A stretch of DNA of 64,000 nt from Phycisphaerae bacterium (GTDB taxonomy: Bacteria; Planctomycetota; Phycisphaerae; UBA1845): NCBI GenBank assembly GCA_029260035.1, contig JAJDEA010000130.1, positions 24,985-88,984 on the forward strand, read 5' to 3'. The notes beneath the pieces were generated by a model. It saw only the letters and a program-made list of their open reading frames with translations. It did no database searches and was not told the DNA's origin. The position numbers and the translations under genes were made by a program. Every line of letters starts with the position of its first letter. The stretch's first letter is position 1. This document shows, piece after piece, positions 10,801 to 20,106 of this stretch.

Positions 10801-11188
10801 CAAGCCTCACTACTGCTTCCAATGATGCGCGGGCTTTGTCGAATTGCCCTAAATGGAAATACGCCAATCCGGAAAGGTATTGCACGGTCGCGGTGTTCGA
10901 TTCGACTCGTTGCAGCGACACAAGCGCCGCTTCATACTTTCGATCGATAATCTGCGCACGCGCTAAGTTCCGTAACGCCGGTCCTGAGTCAGGCTCCATG
11001 GCGACGGCTCTGGTAAGCACCTCGATCGCTTTGCTTGCTTCGCGGTTTTCAATGTGCGCCTTGCCGACATTGAGCAACTTGTGGAACTCGTCGGGGTTGC
11101 TGCGTTTGCACCCGGACAAAAAAAGCCCCCCCGCTGCGACTATCGCGAAAACCAACAAACCTACTTTGGACAATCGAATTCGAGACAC
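7814..11188 (-). CDS. Lipoprotein: TPR repeats + FG-GAP/VCBS propeller + ASPIC/UnbV-like + uncharacterised C-terminal domain
   Basis: Lipobox FLSG-C; TPR-like helices; repeats DYEHDGDLDL, DVNNDGHLD, DFDNDGWLDL, DLDDDGDTDL; GNPSAIGVQVE...WTNG; GSCPFLYAWDG C-terminal region. Confidence 0.85.
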   Translation of the reverse strand: MSRIRLSKVGLLVFAIVAAGGLFLSGCKRSNPDEFHKLLNVGKAHIENREASKAIEVLTRAVAMEPDSGPALRNLARAQIIDRKYEAALVSLQRVESNTATVQYLSGLAYFHLGQFDKARASLEAVVRLDAQTAAVRFQLARSYQALGEHEKAKVQLRETTRLDPLHASAQYSLATYARKDGDREEFERRNFEFMRLRKVFGNETRSADALELCRHTVPESAPPAGKTVRPESPELDVRFAADTSNLLGNLVDSDVSSIVILNQDPAGQYTLALVTSDGVLQTAKRSENGPFQRVWTSEPIQSIGRMMRIVVCDFHNVVPEGVKYDPKVHALSDALLIGSDGLRLMRQRSDKSFEDVTQASGLAGEKAQVARWIDYEHDGDLDLILADTRQLALWQNNGDGTFAQVLEQVGLKNIEGVVDVAVGDLDANVGIDFVLAMGKSESRVIENKRAGRFEPMPEPPGPWPAAERILINDVNNDGHLDTILIGNESIVVMRGGPDGGRDVIGKVDPLADAALFDFDNDGWLDLVATGADPVDQSKGFVQVWRNLGDGKWADVSQVLGLSSSSVPPLLQLIAADLDDDGDTDLLLLSRNGTLHLLTNEGSHSQGQWKVHLVPTKGNPSAIGVQVEFRDAGFLLSRAVTGLPVEIGVGDHRHFDSIRTVWTNGVVDNLINVTVTALPLEIVEKNVPTGSCPFLYAWDGERFRFITDILGNAPIGLSLTRDVLLPADPDEFVRIGDADEFPMVDGELILELTDEFREVFYLDRVKVVAAEHDSDVEIHASDKIMAPPFPPSELWALRPANALSSAMGSDGRDRTADVMTIDQQFAPPGLLLKSPYRGMCHPMSLTLDFGALESGRPLVLALTGWLQYGDASTNVGMSQNSKLEVIPPKLEAKTADGDWQPLDVVVGMPAGKTKTILCDLTGKLPEHTQSLRLTTTFEIRWDRIALFEKVDRSAVTFHELPLGHADLYHRGYSRIEQWKPGHPHTPKYEQVSMTPPWRTTPQGWCTRFGDVLPLIDSQDNKLAILNGGDALTLRFRADELPPVSVGRKRTLFFYSVGWDKDQDHNVVTGDSVEPLPSWNATISTMPADSDMEDWRLEYNTRFVPGRIPAPRSAERKDTSTSNGL

Positions 11189-11368
11189 AACAATCCCTCG
11201 GCAATGGAAAGATACCCTTTACCAGGCATGTTACCGACCGCGAGTTGGGTTGTCATGTTTCCCCTGGATTCCTACCAATTGGTTTCCAATTAGATATCCG
11301 GTAGAATGCGTGGGTTGCGTCTCGGGCAAAATGCTAAGAAACAAAATCGGCCAGCGAGTCAGAGAGAC

Positions 11369-14230
11369 ATGTCTACATCCATCGAATCAGCTGCGAACAG
11401 CCAGAAGCCGAAGCGCATTCGCTATGTCCGCGCGGTGGGGCCACGATTACGCAAGCTGCTCTTCGTGGTTTTTGCACTCTCTGCATTGATTGGCGCCAAT
11501 TCCGTCTACCTTGTCGGCATCACCGCATTGGAGTGGTGGAAAGACGCAACCTACCAGGACTATTTCTACCAATGCATGTTCCTGGTACACCTCGTTCTAG
11601 GATTCACAATGGTGTTGCCGGTTATCGTTTTTGGTATCGCGCACATCGTCAACGCATACAATCGACCCAACCGGCGGGCAGTACGAGCGGGCTATGGTGC
11701 ATTCGTAGCCACCCTTCTTATCATCGTAAGTGGAATCCTACTCACTCGGCTTGATGCTTTTGGCTATACGTTTGATGTAAAGAGTCCTGTCATTCGCAAC
11801 ATTTCATACTGGGCACACGTCTTGTGTCCGTTGGTTGCCGTTTGGTTATATGTCCTACACCGTTTGGCAGGCAAACGCATCAAATGGCGCGTCGGCGCCA
11901 GCTGGGCGGCTGTCGCTGCAGGTTTTGCGGTCATCATGGCGGTTTGGCAATCTCAAGACCCACGGCAATGGAATGTCGTCGGGCCACAATCCGGCGAGCA
12001 ATACTTCTTTCCGTCGCTCACGCGCACGGCAACAGGCAATTTCATTCCGGCTCGGGCACTTGCCAATGATCAATACTGTCGCGAGTGCCATGAAGACGTG
12101 CATGAGACCTGGACGCACAGTGCCCACAAGCTGGCGTCGTTCAACAACCCAGCCTATTTGTTCTCCGTACGCGAGACGCGAAAAGTACTCTTTGCCCGCG
12201 ATGGCAACGTAAAAAGCTCGCGGTTTTGTGCCGGATGCCACGATCCGGTTCCGTTCTTGAGCGGAGAATTTGAAGACCCCCGCTTCGATGATCCGGAGTA
12301 TGACTTATCGAAAGATAAACTCGCTCAGGCGGGCGTCACCTGCACGGTGTGTCATGCAATCACGCACATCAACAGCCCGCGAGGAAACGGCGACTACACG
12401 ATTGAAGAACCGATTCAATACCCGTTCACTTTCAGCGATAGTACCTTCCTCCGTTGGATCAACAAACAACTCGTAAAATCCAAGCCGGCCTTTCACAACA
12501 AGACCTTCCTGAAGCCATTGCACAAAGAAGCCGAGTTCTGCTCCGCGTGTCATAAGGTGCATCTGCCCAAGGAACTCAACGAATATAAGTTCCTACGAGG
12601 CCAAAACCTATACGATTCATACCTGCTGAGCGGCGTTTCAGGCCATGGCGCCGCAAGCTTTTATTATCCTGATGAAGCGGAGACCAACTGCAACGACTGT
12701 CACATGCCACTCATTGAGTCTGACGAATTCGGCTCGCAGGATTTTGACGAATCCGGCAAACTCACGGTGCATGACCATCAGTTTCCATCTGCCAATACGG
12801 CGATTCCTTATTTGTTAGGCCATCCAGAATCTGCCATTCAGAGTCATGCTACATTCAACGAAGGCGTGATGCGCGTCGACATCTTTGGGATCAAGAAAGG
12901 TGGAACGATAGCTGGCGAATTGCTTGCGCCGATAAGGCCAAGCGTTCCGACTCTTGAACCCGGTGAAACCTATCTTCTAGAAACCGTCATACGAACGCTG
13001 AAAATGGGCCATCTGTTTACGGAAGGTACCGCCGATTCCAATCAACCCTGGCTTGACATTACCGTCACAGCCAACAGCAAGACAATCGGACGCAGTGGCG
13101 GAATGAATGCCGATGATGGAGAGGTTGACCCGTGGTCGCATTTCCTCAATGCCTATGTGATCGATCGCGAAGGAAACCGGATTGATCGACGTAACGCGCA
13201 GGACATATTCGTGGCACTCTATAACAACCAGATTCCGCCGGGCGCAGGCGAAGTTGTTCATTACCGGCTTACCATCCCGAAAGACATACAAGGCCCTGTC
13301 ACGATCGACGTCAAACTCCAATTCCGCAAGTTCGACACGCTCTACATGAAGCACTTTCAGGGAGAGTCTTTTGTCAAGAACGACCTCCCAATCATGACGC
13401 TCGCCACCGATCGTGTCACGTTGCCAATTGGGGCCGAACAACGTGTGACTAATTCAACCGACAAAACGCCTCCTGCCTGGCAGCGATGGAACGATTACGG
13501 AATTGGCCTATTGCGCAAAGGCAATCAAGGTTCCAATCGGGGTGAGCTGCGACAAGCGGAGCAAGCTTTCGCAAAAGTGACAGAATTGGGCAAGCCTGAC
13601 GGCTGGGTCAATCGCGCGCGTTTGTATGTTAAGGAAGGCCGACTTGATGAAGCCGTGAGCGCACTGAGAGAAGCCGCATCGCACGATCCACCCGCCCATG
13701 CCTGGTCGATCGCGTGGTTCACAGGCCTGGTCAACAAGCAGAATGGCTTTTTGGATGAAGCTATAGCCGATTTCAAATCTCTTATTGCGATGGACACAGC
13801 TGAAACTAGAAAGCGGAATTTCGATTTCTCGTTGGACTATCGCGTTCTTAACGAGCTGGGACAGACGATCCTGGAGCGGGCAAAGCAGGAACGTGGCGAA
13901 AACCGCAAGACTGCCAGACTTGAACTGTTGCGTGAAGCCAGAGATTGGTTTAACCAAACTCTTTCGATTGACCCGGAAAATGTGGCTGCGCATTACAACC
14001 TCGCACTGATATTCGCGTTGCTCGGGGAAAGTGACAGTGCGGAGGCGCATCGCGTCTTGCATGCCGAATACAAAGTCGATGACAACGCGCGCGACAGGGC
14101 TGTGTCGTTAGCACGTCGCAAATCTGAACCTGCCAATCACGCCGCCGAAGCTATTGTCATTTACGATCTTCAGCGTGAAGGGGCATACGAATTATCTTCC
14201 AAAGCAACAAGGCTGACAAAAGATGAGTGA
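11369..14230 (+). CDS. Membrane-anchored multiheme c-type cytochrome with N-terminal cytochrome b-like TM domain and C-terminal TPRs
   Basis: Five CxxCH at 12077, 12227, 12341, 12539 and 12689; five N-terminal TM helices containing four His; C-terminal TPRs; ATG 11369 chosen over the ORF-track start 11306. Confidence 0.85.
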   Translation: MSTSIESAANSQKPKRIRYVRAVGPRLRKLLFVVFALSALIGANSVYLVGITALEWWKDATYQDYFYQCMFLVHLVLGFTMVLPVIVFGIAHIVNAYNRPNRRAVRAGYGAFVATLLIIVSGILLTRLDAFGYTFDVKSPVIRNISYWAHVLCPLVAVWLYVLHRLAGKRIKWRVGASWAAVAAGFAVIMAVWQSQDPRQWNVVGPQSGEQYFFPSLTRTATGNFIPARALANDQYCRECHEDVHETWTHSAHKLASFNNPAYLFSVRETRKVLFARDGNVKSSRFCAGCHDPVPFLSGEFEDPRFDDPEYDLSKDKLAQAGVTCTVCHAITHINSPRGNGDYTIEEPIQYPFTFSDSTFLRWINKQLVKSKPAFHNKTFLKPLHKEAEFCSACHKVHLPKELNEYKFLRGQNLYDSYLLSGVSGHGAASFYYPDEAETNCNDCHMPLIESDEFGSQDFDESGKLTVHDHQFPSANTAIPYLLGHPESAIQSHATFNEGVMRVDIFGIKKGGTIAGELLAPIRPSVPTLEPGETYLLETVIRTLKMGHLFTEGTADSNQPWLDITVTANSKTIGRSGGMNADDGEVDPWSHFLNAYVIDREGNRIDRRNAQDIFVALYNNQIPPGAGEVVHYRLTIPKDIQGPVTIDVKLQFRKFDTLYMKHFQGESFVKNDLPIMTLATDRVTLPIGAEQRVTNSTDKTPPAWQRWNDYGIGLLRKGNQGSNRGELRQAEQAFAKVTELGKPDGWVNRARLYVKEGRLDEAVSALREAASHDPPAHAWSIAWFTGLVNKQNGFLDEAIADFKSLIAMDTAETRKRNFDFSLDYRVLNELGQTILERAKQERGENRKTARLELLREARDWFNQTLSIDPENVAAHYNLALIFALLGESDSAEAHRVLHAEYKVDDNARDRAVSLARRKSEPANHAAEAIVIYDLQREGAYELSSKATRLTKDE

Positions 14231-16073
14231 TGAACCATCCGGCAAGAAACCAGTCAGCGAAGAATGGGTGCCTGCGGATGACGCGATCATCGGCAAAGCG
14301 TTTCGTTGGTCTGCCATCATTGCTGTGATCGTGATTACGGTCGGTGTGACGGCTTTCCTGATGGCCCGTCGTTCAGAACCGGTAATTCCTCCCAAACCCG
14401 CCCCCAAGGTCACGCCCATAATACGAACGCAAGTCGCTGAACCGCCAGCCATACCCTTTCAAGACATCACGATTGACGCAGGAATCAACTTCGTTCATGA
14501 AAACGGAGCAGCTGGCGACAAGCTTCTGCCGGAGACGATGGGCGCTGGCGCTGCATTTCTTGATTTCGATAACGATAACGACCAGGACTTGATCCTCGTC
14601 AATTCCGCCAGTTGGCCGGAGAACATACGCAAGGACGTTGACACTCCGACATTAGCGCTTTGCAAAAACGACGGATCGGGACATTTCGTCGACATTACAG
14701 AACATTCCGGAATGGACGCCACGTTTTACGGTACAGGGATTGCGGTGGGAGATTACGATAGCGATGGCAACATAGACGTCTTCGTCTCTGCAGTCGGCAG
14801 CAATCATTTATTCCGCAACCTTGGCGAAGGTAAGTTTGAAGACGTCACCCGCATTGCCGCCGTTGCCGGGAAACAAGACGCATGGAGCACGAGCAGCGGA
14901 TTTTTCGATCTCGACAACGACGGAGACCTGGACCTGTTCGTCTGTAATTATGTTCGCTGGTCGCGGGAAATCGATTTCAACGTGAACTACCGACTCGTCG
15001 GCGTCGGCCGAGCGTATGGCCCGCCTATGAATTTCGAAGGGACGTTCTCTTATCTATATCGCAACAACGGAGATGGCACTTTCACTGACGTTTCTGAAGA
15101 GTCCGGCGTGCAAGTCCGCAACGCTGCAACGGGATTGCCAGCGGGTAAAGCCTTGGGATTGACCTTCGTAGATGTAAACGAAGATGGCTACATAGATATA
15201 TTTATTGCCAATGACACCGTACAGAATTTCCTTTTCGTCAACAAGGGAGATGGCACGTTTTCTGACGACAGCTCATTTCTCGGCGTTGCTTTCGATCGCA
15301 ACGGAAGCGCTACGGGAGCAATGGGCATCGACGCCGGCATTTTTCGCAACGACAATTCGATGGGCTTTGCGATTGGGAACTTCGCCAATGAAATGTCTAC
15401 ACTTTATGTATCACAAGAAAGTCGCAAGGTTTTTGCTGACGAAGCAATTGGCGAGGGCATCGGTGCACCAACGCGATCAATGCTAACCTTCGGTGTTCTC
15501 TTCTTGGATAGCGACCTCGACGGCCGGCTAGATCTGCTTCAAGCAAACGGTCATCTGGAAGAAGAAATCAACATTGTGCAACCGAGTCAACATTATGAAC
15601 AAGCCGCCCAACTCTTCTGGAACGCTGGCCCAACAGCCCGAGGGTGCTTCGTCCCTGTACCACAAGAAAAAACAACCGATCTTGGTACGCCTATCGTAGG
15701 CCGAGGGGCTGCGTACGCAGATATCGATTCAGACGGCGACCTGGATCTTGTTATGACACAAGCCGGTCGCCGACCTTTGCTCTTGAAGAATCAACAGCAA
15801 TCAGCCAACCATTGGCTAAGACTAAAACTCGTAGGCAGGAATGCGAATCGAGATGCGATAGGTGCCTGGGCGAGCGTTCGAGTCGGAGACGTAATTCAAC
15901 GACGCCAAGTCATGCCGACAAGAAGCTATCTTTCCCAGTCTGAACTTCCACTAACGTTCGGGTTGGGTAAATCGTCTCAGATCGAAAAACTGACGATCAC
16001 CTGGCCCAACGGAACGATCCAAGACGTACCGCCGCCAAGCGCCGACCAATTCATGACGATAACGCAGCAATAA
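14223..16073 (+). CDS. CRTAC1-family FG-GAP repeat protein with ASPIC/UnbV domain, N-terminal TM anchor
   Basis: LPETMGAGAAFLDFDNDNDQD, repeated D.D.DG..D motifs, GRGAAYADIDSDGDLD, NRDAIGA, SYLSQSE..LTFGLG, WPNG; overlaps the cytochrome stop. Confidence 0.9.
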   Translation: MSDEPSGKKPVSEEWVPADDAIIGKAFRWSAIIAVIVITVGVTAFLMARRSEPVIPPKPAPKVTPIIRTQVAEPPAIPFQDITIDAGINFVHENGAAGDKLLPETMGAGAAFLDFDNDNDQDLILVNSASWPENIRKDVDTPTLALCKNDGSGHFVDITEHSGMDATFYGTGIAVGDYDSDGNIDVFVSAVGSNHLFRNLGEGKFEDVTRIAAVAGKQDAWSTSSGFFDLDNDGDLDLFVCNYVRWSREIDFNVNYRLVGVGRAYGPPMNFEGTFSYLYRNNGDGTFTDVSEESGVQVRNAATGLPAGKALGLTFVDVNEDGYIDIFIANDTVQNFLFVNKGDGTFSDDSSFLGVAFDRNGSATGAMGIDAGIFRNDNSMGFAIGNFANEMSTLYVSQESRKVFADEAIGEGIGAPTRSMLTFGVLFLDSDLDGRLDLLQANGHLEEEINIVQPSQHYEQAAQLFWNAGPTARGCFVPVPQEKTTDLGTPIVGRGAAYADIDSDGDLDLVMTQAGRRPLLLKNQQQSANHWLRLKLVGRNANRDAIGAWASVRVGDVIQRRQVMPTRSYLSQSELPLTFGLGKSSQIEKLTITWPNGTIQDVPPPSADQFMTITQQ

Positions 16074-16149
16074 GATTGATATTGCCCACGTCAACTGCAA
16101 CGGCGAGACCACTCTTTGCCAACCTATCAAACCGAATACTACAAAGCCG

Positions 16150-17835
16150 TCACTTACTCTGTTGCAGCTTGTATATTTTTCCAGCCTCGAAAGTTCCGAA
16201 GGACTCTTCCTGGCCGTTCGGCCAGCGAATCATCACGCCATCAACTCTTTCAGCTTCACCCAAGCCGAAATGAATACGAGGATCGTTGCTTGAGCAGTAG
16301 CTATAGCCGGGTTGAACCTGGCGCCATTGACTCGCAGAACCCAGAGAGACTCGAACCATCGCGCCGATCGCATCTCGCCCGTCACGGTTCAAGACACGAA
16401 ACATAATCCAACGACCATTCGTCGAGGATATGTTCTTGAGCACATAAGGGGCGGCATCTTTGTTGACTACAACGATATCGATTTTCCCATCGTTGTTGAG
16501 GTCTCCGAAAGCCGCGCCACGACTCGTCGCGATCAGTGATTTTTTGGTGCCGCCTATTGGCATAGACTCATCATAGGATGCGTTCCCGCTCCCAACAAAA
16601 AGTTGGTTAGGCTCTGCGTATGGATGTTTTTTGTCAATTCGAGGTCGAAAAAGTGCAACCCGACCGTTCGCAATGTAAAGATCCTGGTAGGTGTCATTGT
16701 TGAAATCAGCAAAACCAAGTCCAAACCCGGTGAACGCTAAACTCGCGCCCGCGAGACCGAACTGTACTGTCATATCCTCGAAGGTGCCGTCGCGATTACG
16801 GTAAAGCGTATTGGTTTCACCTCTGAGATGAGACATGAAGAGGTCCAAATCGCCGTCAGCGTCAAAATCAACCGCTGCAACCCCCATTCCTGCTTCAGCG
16901 CGACCGCTTTGATTCAGCGCACAGCCGGAAACCAGCCCTTCATCTACAAGGCGACCGCCTCCCTGATTGATCCAAAGACGGTTGGCCATTCCATCGTTGG
17001 CAACATAGAAGTCCATCCGTCCGTCTCGATTGAAATCGCCGGAAGCAACACCCAATCCCGTCCCGAATGACTTCTCTATACCGCTGGTATTTCTAGCGTT
17101 TTCGAACCTTTCGCCCTGAACATTGCGATACAAGCTATCCAGAGCGGACGCACCATAGCTCAAAGGGTGACAATAATCCGGCAGTCCAGCAGGCGAATGA
17201 CAATCCCGCTCCGTTTCGACAGACCAATCAACGTAATTGGCAATCAGCAGGTCGAGCCAACCATCGCCGTCGAAATCTGCGAAAAGGCTACTGGTTCCCC
17301 AGGATGCGTCATCCACACCAAGCTGACCGGCCATTTCAGTAAAAGTGCCATCGCCATTGTTTCGCAGCAGATCGTTCGGCCCGATGTTGGTCGTGTAGAT
17401 GTCGACATTTCCATCGTTATCGAAATCCGCGCAACTGCATCCAACACCATACCCTGCGCCACCAACGCCTGCCTTGTCCGTCACATCCTCGAATGTCGCA
17501 TCGCCCTGGTTGCGATACAGCCTGTTGCCAATTTTCTCCTTGCTACCAACCAGTTCGTTTCCAGCTTGAACAAAATAAATGTCAAGGTCGCCGTCGTTGT
17601 CGTAATCTAATAAGCAAACACCGCCAGCCATGATTTCCGGAAATAGATATCTCTTTTGATGACCTGACACATGTTGAAAGTCAATGCCGGCTGAAGCCGA
17701 GATTTCCTCGAACCACGGTGCTTGCTCTTCGCCTCCCGCTGTTCCTGATGACATAGCCTCTCGCTTGCAGCCCGACAAGGCAAGCAAGATAGCAACAATA
17801 GCGATGCATTGATTTGCGTTCGATGCAATTACCAT
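16150..17835 (-). CDS. CRTAC1-family FG-GAP repeat lipoprotein with ASPIC/UnbV domain
   Basis: Lipobox LALSG-C; PEIMAGGVCLLDYDNDGDLD, AGMGV, SRGAAFGDLNNDGKID, DAIGA, SYCSSND.RIHFGLG, WPNG. Confidence 0.9.
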   Translation of the reverse strand: MVIASNANQCIAIVAILLALSGCKREAMSSGTAGGEEQAPWFEEISASAGIDFQHVSGHQKRYLFPEIMAGGVCLLDYDNDGDLDIYFVQAGNELVGSKEKIGNRLYRNQGDATFEDVTDKAGVGGAGYGVGCSCADFDNDGNVDIYTTNIGPNDLLRNNGDGTFTEMAGQLGVDDASWGTSSLFADFDGDGWLDLLIANYVDWSVETERDCHSPAGLPDYCHPLSYGASALDSLYRNVQGERFENARNTSGIEKSFGTGLGVASGDFNRDGRMDFYVANDGMANRLWINQGGGRLVDEGLVSGCALNQSGRAEAGMGVAAVDFDADGDLDLFMSHLRGETNTLYRNRDGTFEDMTVQFGLAGASLAFTGFGLGFADFNNDTYQDLYIANGRVALFRPRIDKKHPYAEPNQLFVGSGNASYDESMPIGGTKKSLIATSRGAAFGDLNNDGKIDIVVVNKDAAPYVLKNISSTNGRWIMFRVLNRDGRDAIGAMVRVSLGSASQWRQVQPGYSYCSSNDPRIHFGLGEAERVDGVMIRWPNGQEESFGTFEAGKIYKLQQSK

Positions 17836-17895
17836 GGCACTTATCGATCAACAATGAAGTGGAGTAGTCGCTCAGTTAGGTCGCGCTGTCGTGGA

Positions 17896-19416
17896 TTATC
17901 GCTGCACAAGCTCTTCAAGTTGTTGAGAGGCTTGAACGACTCTTGGTTGCTGTGGCGCAATGGCTCTGGCTGCCTCGACATGCCTAGCTGCCCCATCCAA
18001 GTCTCCCCTGTCAGCCGCCAATCGACCCAGCTCAACGTGCGCCTGCCAGGACGTTGAGTCTAACGCCAATACCATCCGGTATTGGGTCGCGGCATCCTCC
18101 GGTCGCTTTGCAGCCTGGAGAATCGTTCCATAATCGAAATGATAATCGGCTTTCGCGCTTTCAAGTTGCGTCGCCCGCTCGAATGCTGGCAATGCTTCGC
18201 TGAATCGACCAAGCTGGGCAAGGACGCGACCGCGTGTATGCTGGCTGCGAGCAACATCCGGCGCAATGCGGATGCTCCGATCGATCGCCTCTAGCGCGGG
18301 AGTCATTTGTCCCAGTTCGATATAACACCGAGCCAGGTTTGCATGAATAACAAACTGCCCATCATCGATTTCGGAAGCCCGCATGAAAAAACCAAGCGCT
18401 TTGTTTGGATTCTTTGCCATCATGTACGCTGTACCCAAGTTGGCGAGCACAGCTACGTTGTTCGGATGTTTTTCGTATGTAAGCTCGAGAATCTCAATGG
18501 CTCGCTGAACTTTGCCCGCCTCAAAGTACGCCTGCGCTTCGCGAACACGATCTGACAAGAGGTACGTCTGTAGATGATCTGGAAACGTCTCACTCCACGG
18601 ATCAGCTACATAAAGCGCTTCTGCATTTGCGCCCAATTGAAATTCACGTTTGGCGTCGTCTTTGTTTCCCAACCCTTGATATGCCTGGGCAAGAAGGTAG
18701 TGCAGCTTTCTGACATTCGAATATTTCTCGACGATCGGATCAAGTATCCGCGCAGCACCGGCATAATCTCCTTTACGAATCATAGCCGTCGCGACACCGG
18801 CGTGGGCGGCAAGGGCATCGGAGCGCAAGAACAGGACTCGGCGAAATACGGACTCCGCCTCTTCAGTATTTCCAGAGTTGAGCAATACTTCACCTAGTCG
18901 ATAGAGCGCCGGAGCGAAGTCAGGCCTGTCTTGTACCATCTCGCGATAAAGCGATAACGCTTCCTCCGTCTCACCAAGATTCTGCGTGGTGACCGCAAGA
19001 TGGTATCTCGCCAGAGTCATCGTCGGATCAAGCCGAAGAGCATTCGCAAAACAATCCCTCGCTTCAGTGAAAAGGCCGTTGGCTTCGTACACAACGCCTA
19101 GCTGTGCGTGCACGGATGCGTCATTCGGCGCAAGTCGAACCTTATCCATATAGCTCGCAATATAGTTTCGAAGATCAGCTTCGTACTGTTCAAAAAACAA
19201 CGGCGTTACGACCGGTACGGCAGAAACTTCATGCTCGCGCAGAACAGCGGAGAGAATCCCACCTCCGCCAGCAACGGCCAATACAAAAAACAAAGCCAAA
19301 CTCCACCGACGTCGCAATGCGGGTATGCGATCCCCCTGAGACGGAGCCGAGCTTTTGCGGCTGCCCTGCCGAGCATCCTGCCGCGAGCTTTTTGTTCTTT
19401 CGCGCTTCCTGGACAT
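17896..19416 (-). CDS. Membrane-anchored tetratricopeptide repeat protein
   Basis: Basic N-terminus, one TM helix, then about 10 TPR-like units (e.g. AQLGVVYEANG..EA..CF..AL.LDP). Confidence 0.88.
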   Translation of the reverse strand: MSRKRERTKSSRQDARQGSRKSSAPSQGDRIPALRRRWSLALFFVLAVAGGGGILSAVLREHEVSAVPVVTPLFFEQYEADLRNYIASYMDKVRLAPNDASVHAQLGVVYEANGLFTEARDCFANALRLDPTMTLARYHLAVTTQNLGETEEALSLYREMVQDRPDFAPALYRLGEVLLNSGNTEEAESVFRRVLFLRSDALAAHAGVATAMIRKGDYAGAARILDPIVEKYSNVRKLHYLLAQAYQGLGNKDDAKREFQLGANAEALYVADPWSETFPDHLQTYLLSDRVREAQAYFEAGKVQRAIEILELTYEKHPNNVAVLANLGTAYMMAKNPNKALGFFMRASEIDDGQFVIHANLARCYIELGQMTPALEAIDRSIRIAPDVARSQHTRGRVLAQLGRFSEALPAFERATQLESAKADYHFDYGTILQAAKRPEDAATQYRMVLALDSTSWQAHVELGRLAADRGDLDGAARHVEAARAIAPQQPRVVQASQQLEELVQR

Positions 19417-20106
19417 GTCGCAAATATCTAGTAAATCACTGCAATTTCCGCATGCTTTTGCCCCAACGTCTTACAGACGTAGTACAACAAACTACTTCGC
19501 GCACGCGGCAACCCAACTGCCAAATTTTCCAATTTCCGACGCCTCTGATTGGCATCCTGGATTTGCAAAACTACCCAGCCATAACAACTGTACTACTTAC
19601 GTCGAGATGATTCTCAGGGATATGCTGCACGTTAATTCCGATAGACCGAAAAAACGCAGTAGCCCGCCCAAGCCATTCACTGCCCTCATTTATCTTGCCA
19701 TGTTCACCCAACGCATTCGTCAAGCCAATGGCAAAAAGCAGCGATTTTATCATACCAAATTGGAAAAACTCAAACAAGGGACAAATACGATCGCTACAAC
19801 CCCTTTCAAGGGAGCGTGCGAGCCACATTCATTATCACTCGCACACGCAACGAATGATTAACAACCTTTAAGACCGGTAATCATTCGATAGAAACGACAA
19901 TCCCCAGCGCCTACACTATAAGGAGGCAAATCCGGATTAAGCTGTTGAAGCCGAAATGCAACGGCATTGCATTCGGAGAGTTGATTTCACCAACAACATC
20001 GACCGGCACGCCACAGCATTTTTCAATGGGGGAAGCAAGGAAGGCGGAAGACCGAGACAAGGCTAACAACCTGTCGGTTCACATCCGCACCGTGGGAGGG
20101 AAAGAC

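Noticed and set aside
11369-14230. Assignment to HAO, NrfA or Mtr-type cytochromes
   Set aside because: Only five CxxCH motifs, no CxxCK, different architecture, and no porin or partner genes
7814-19416. Enediyne or other secondary-metabolite cluster (because of UnbV-like domains)
   Set aside because: No PKS, thioesterase or UnbU/UnbL-like genes in or beside the locus
19921-19980. Possible c-di-GMP-I riboswitch (GGCAAA...GAAA)
   Set aside because: Lacks the P2 stem and the GACGCAAA element of the consensus
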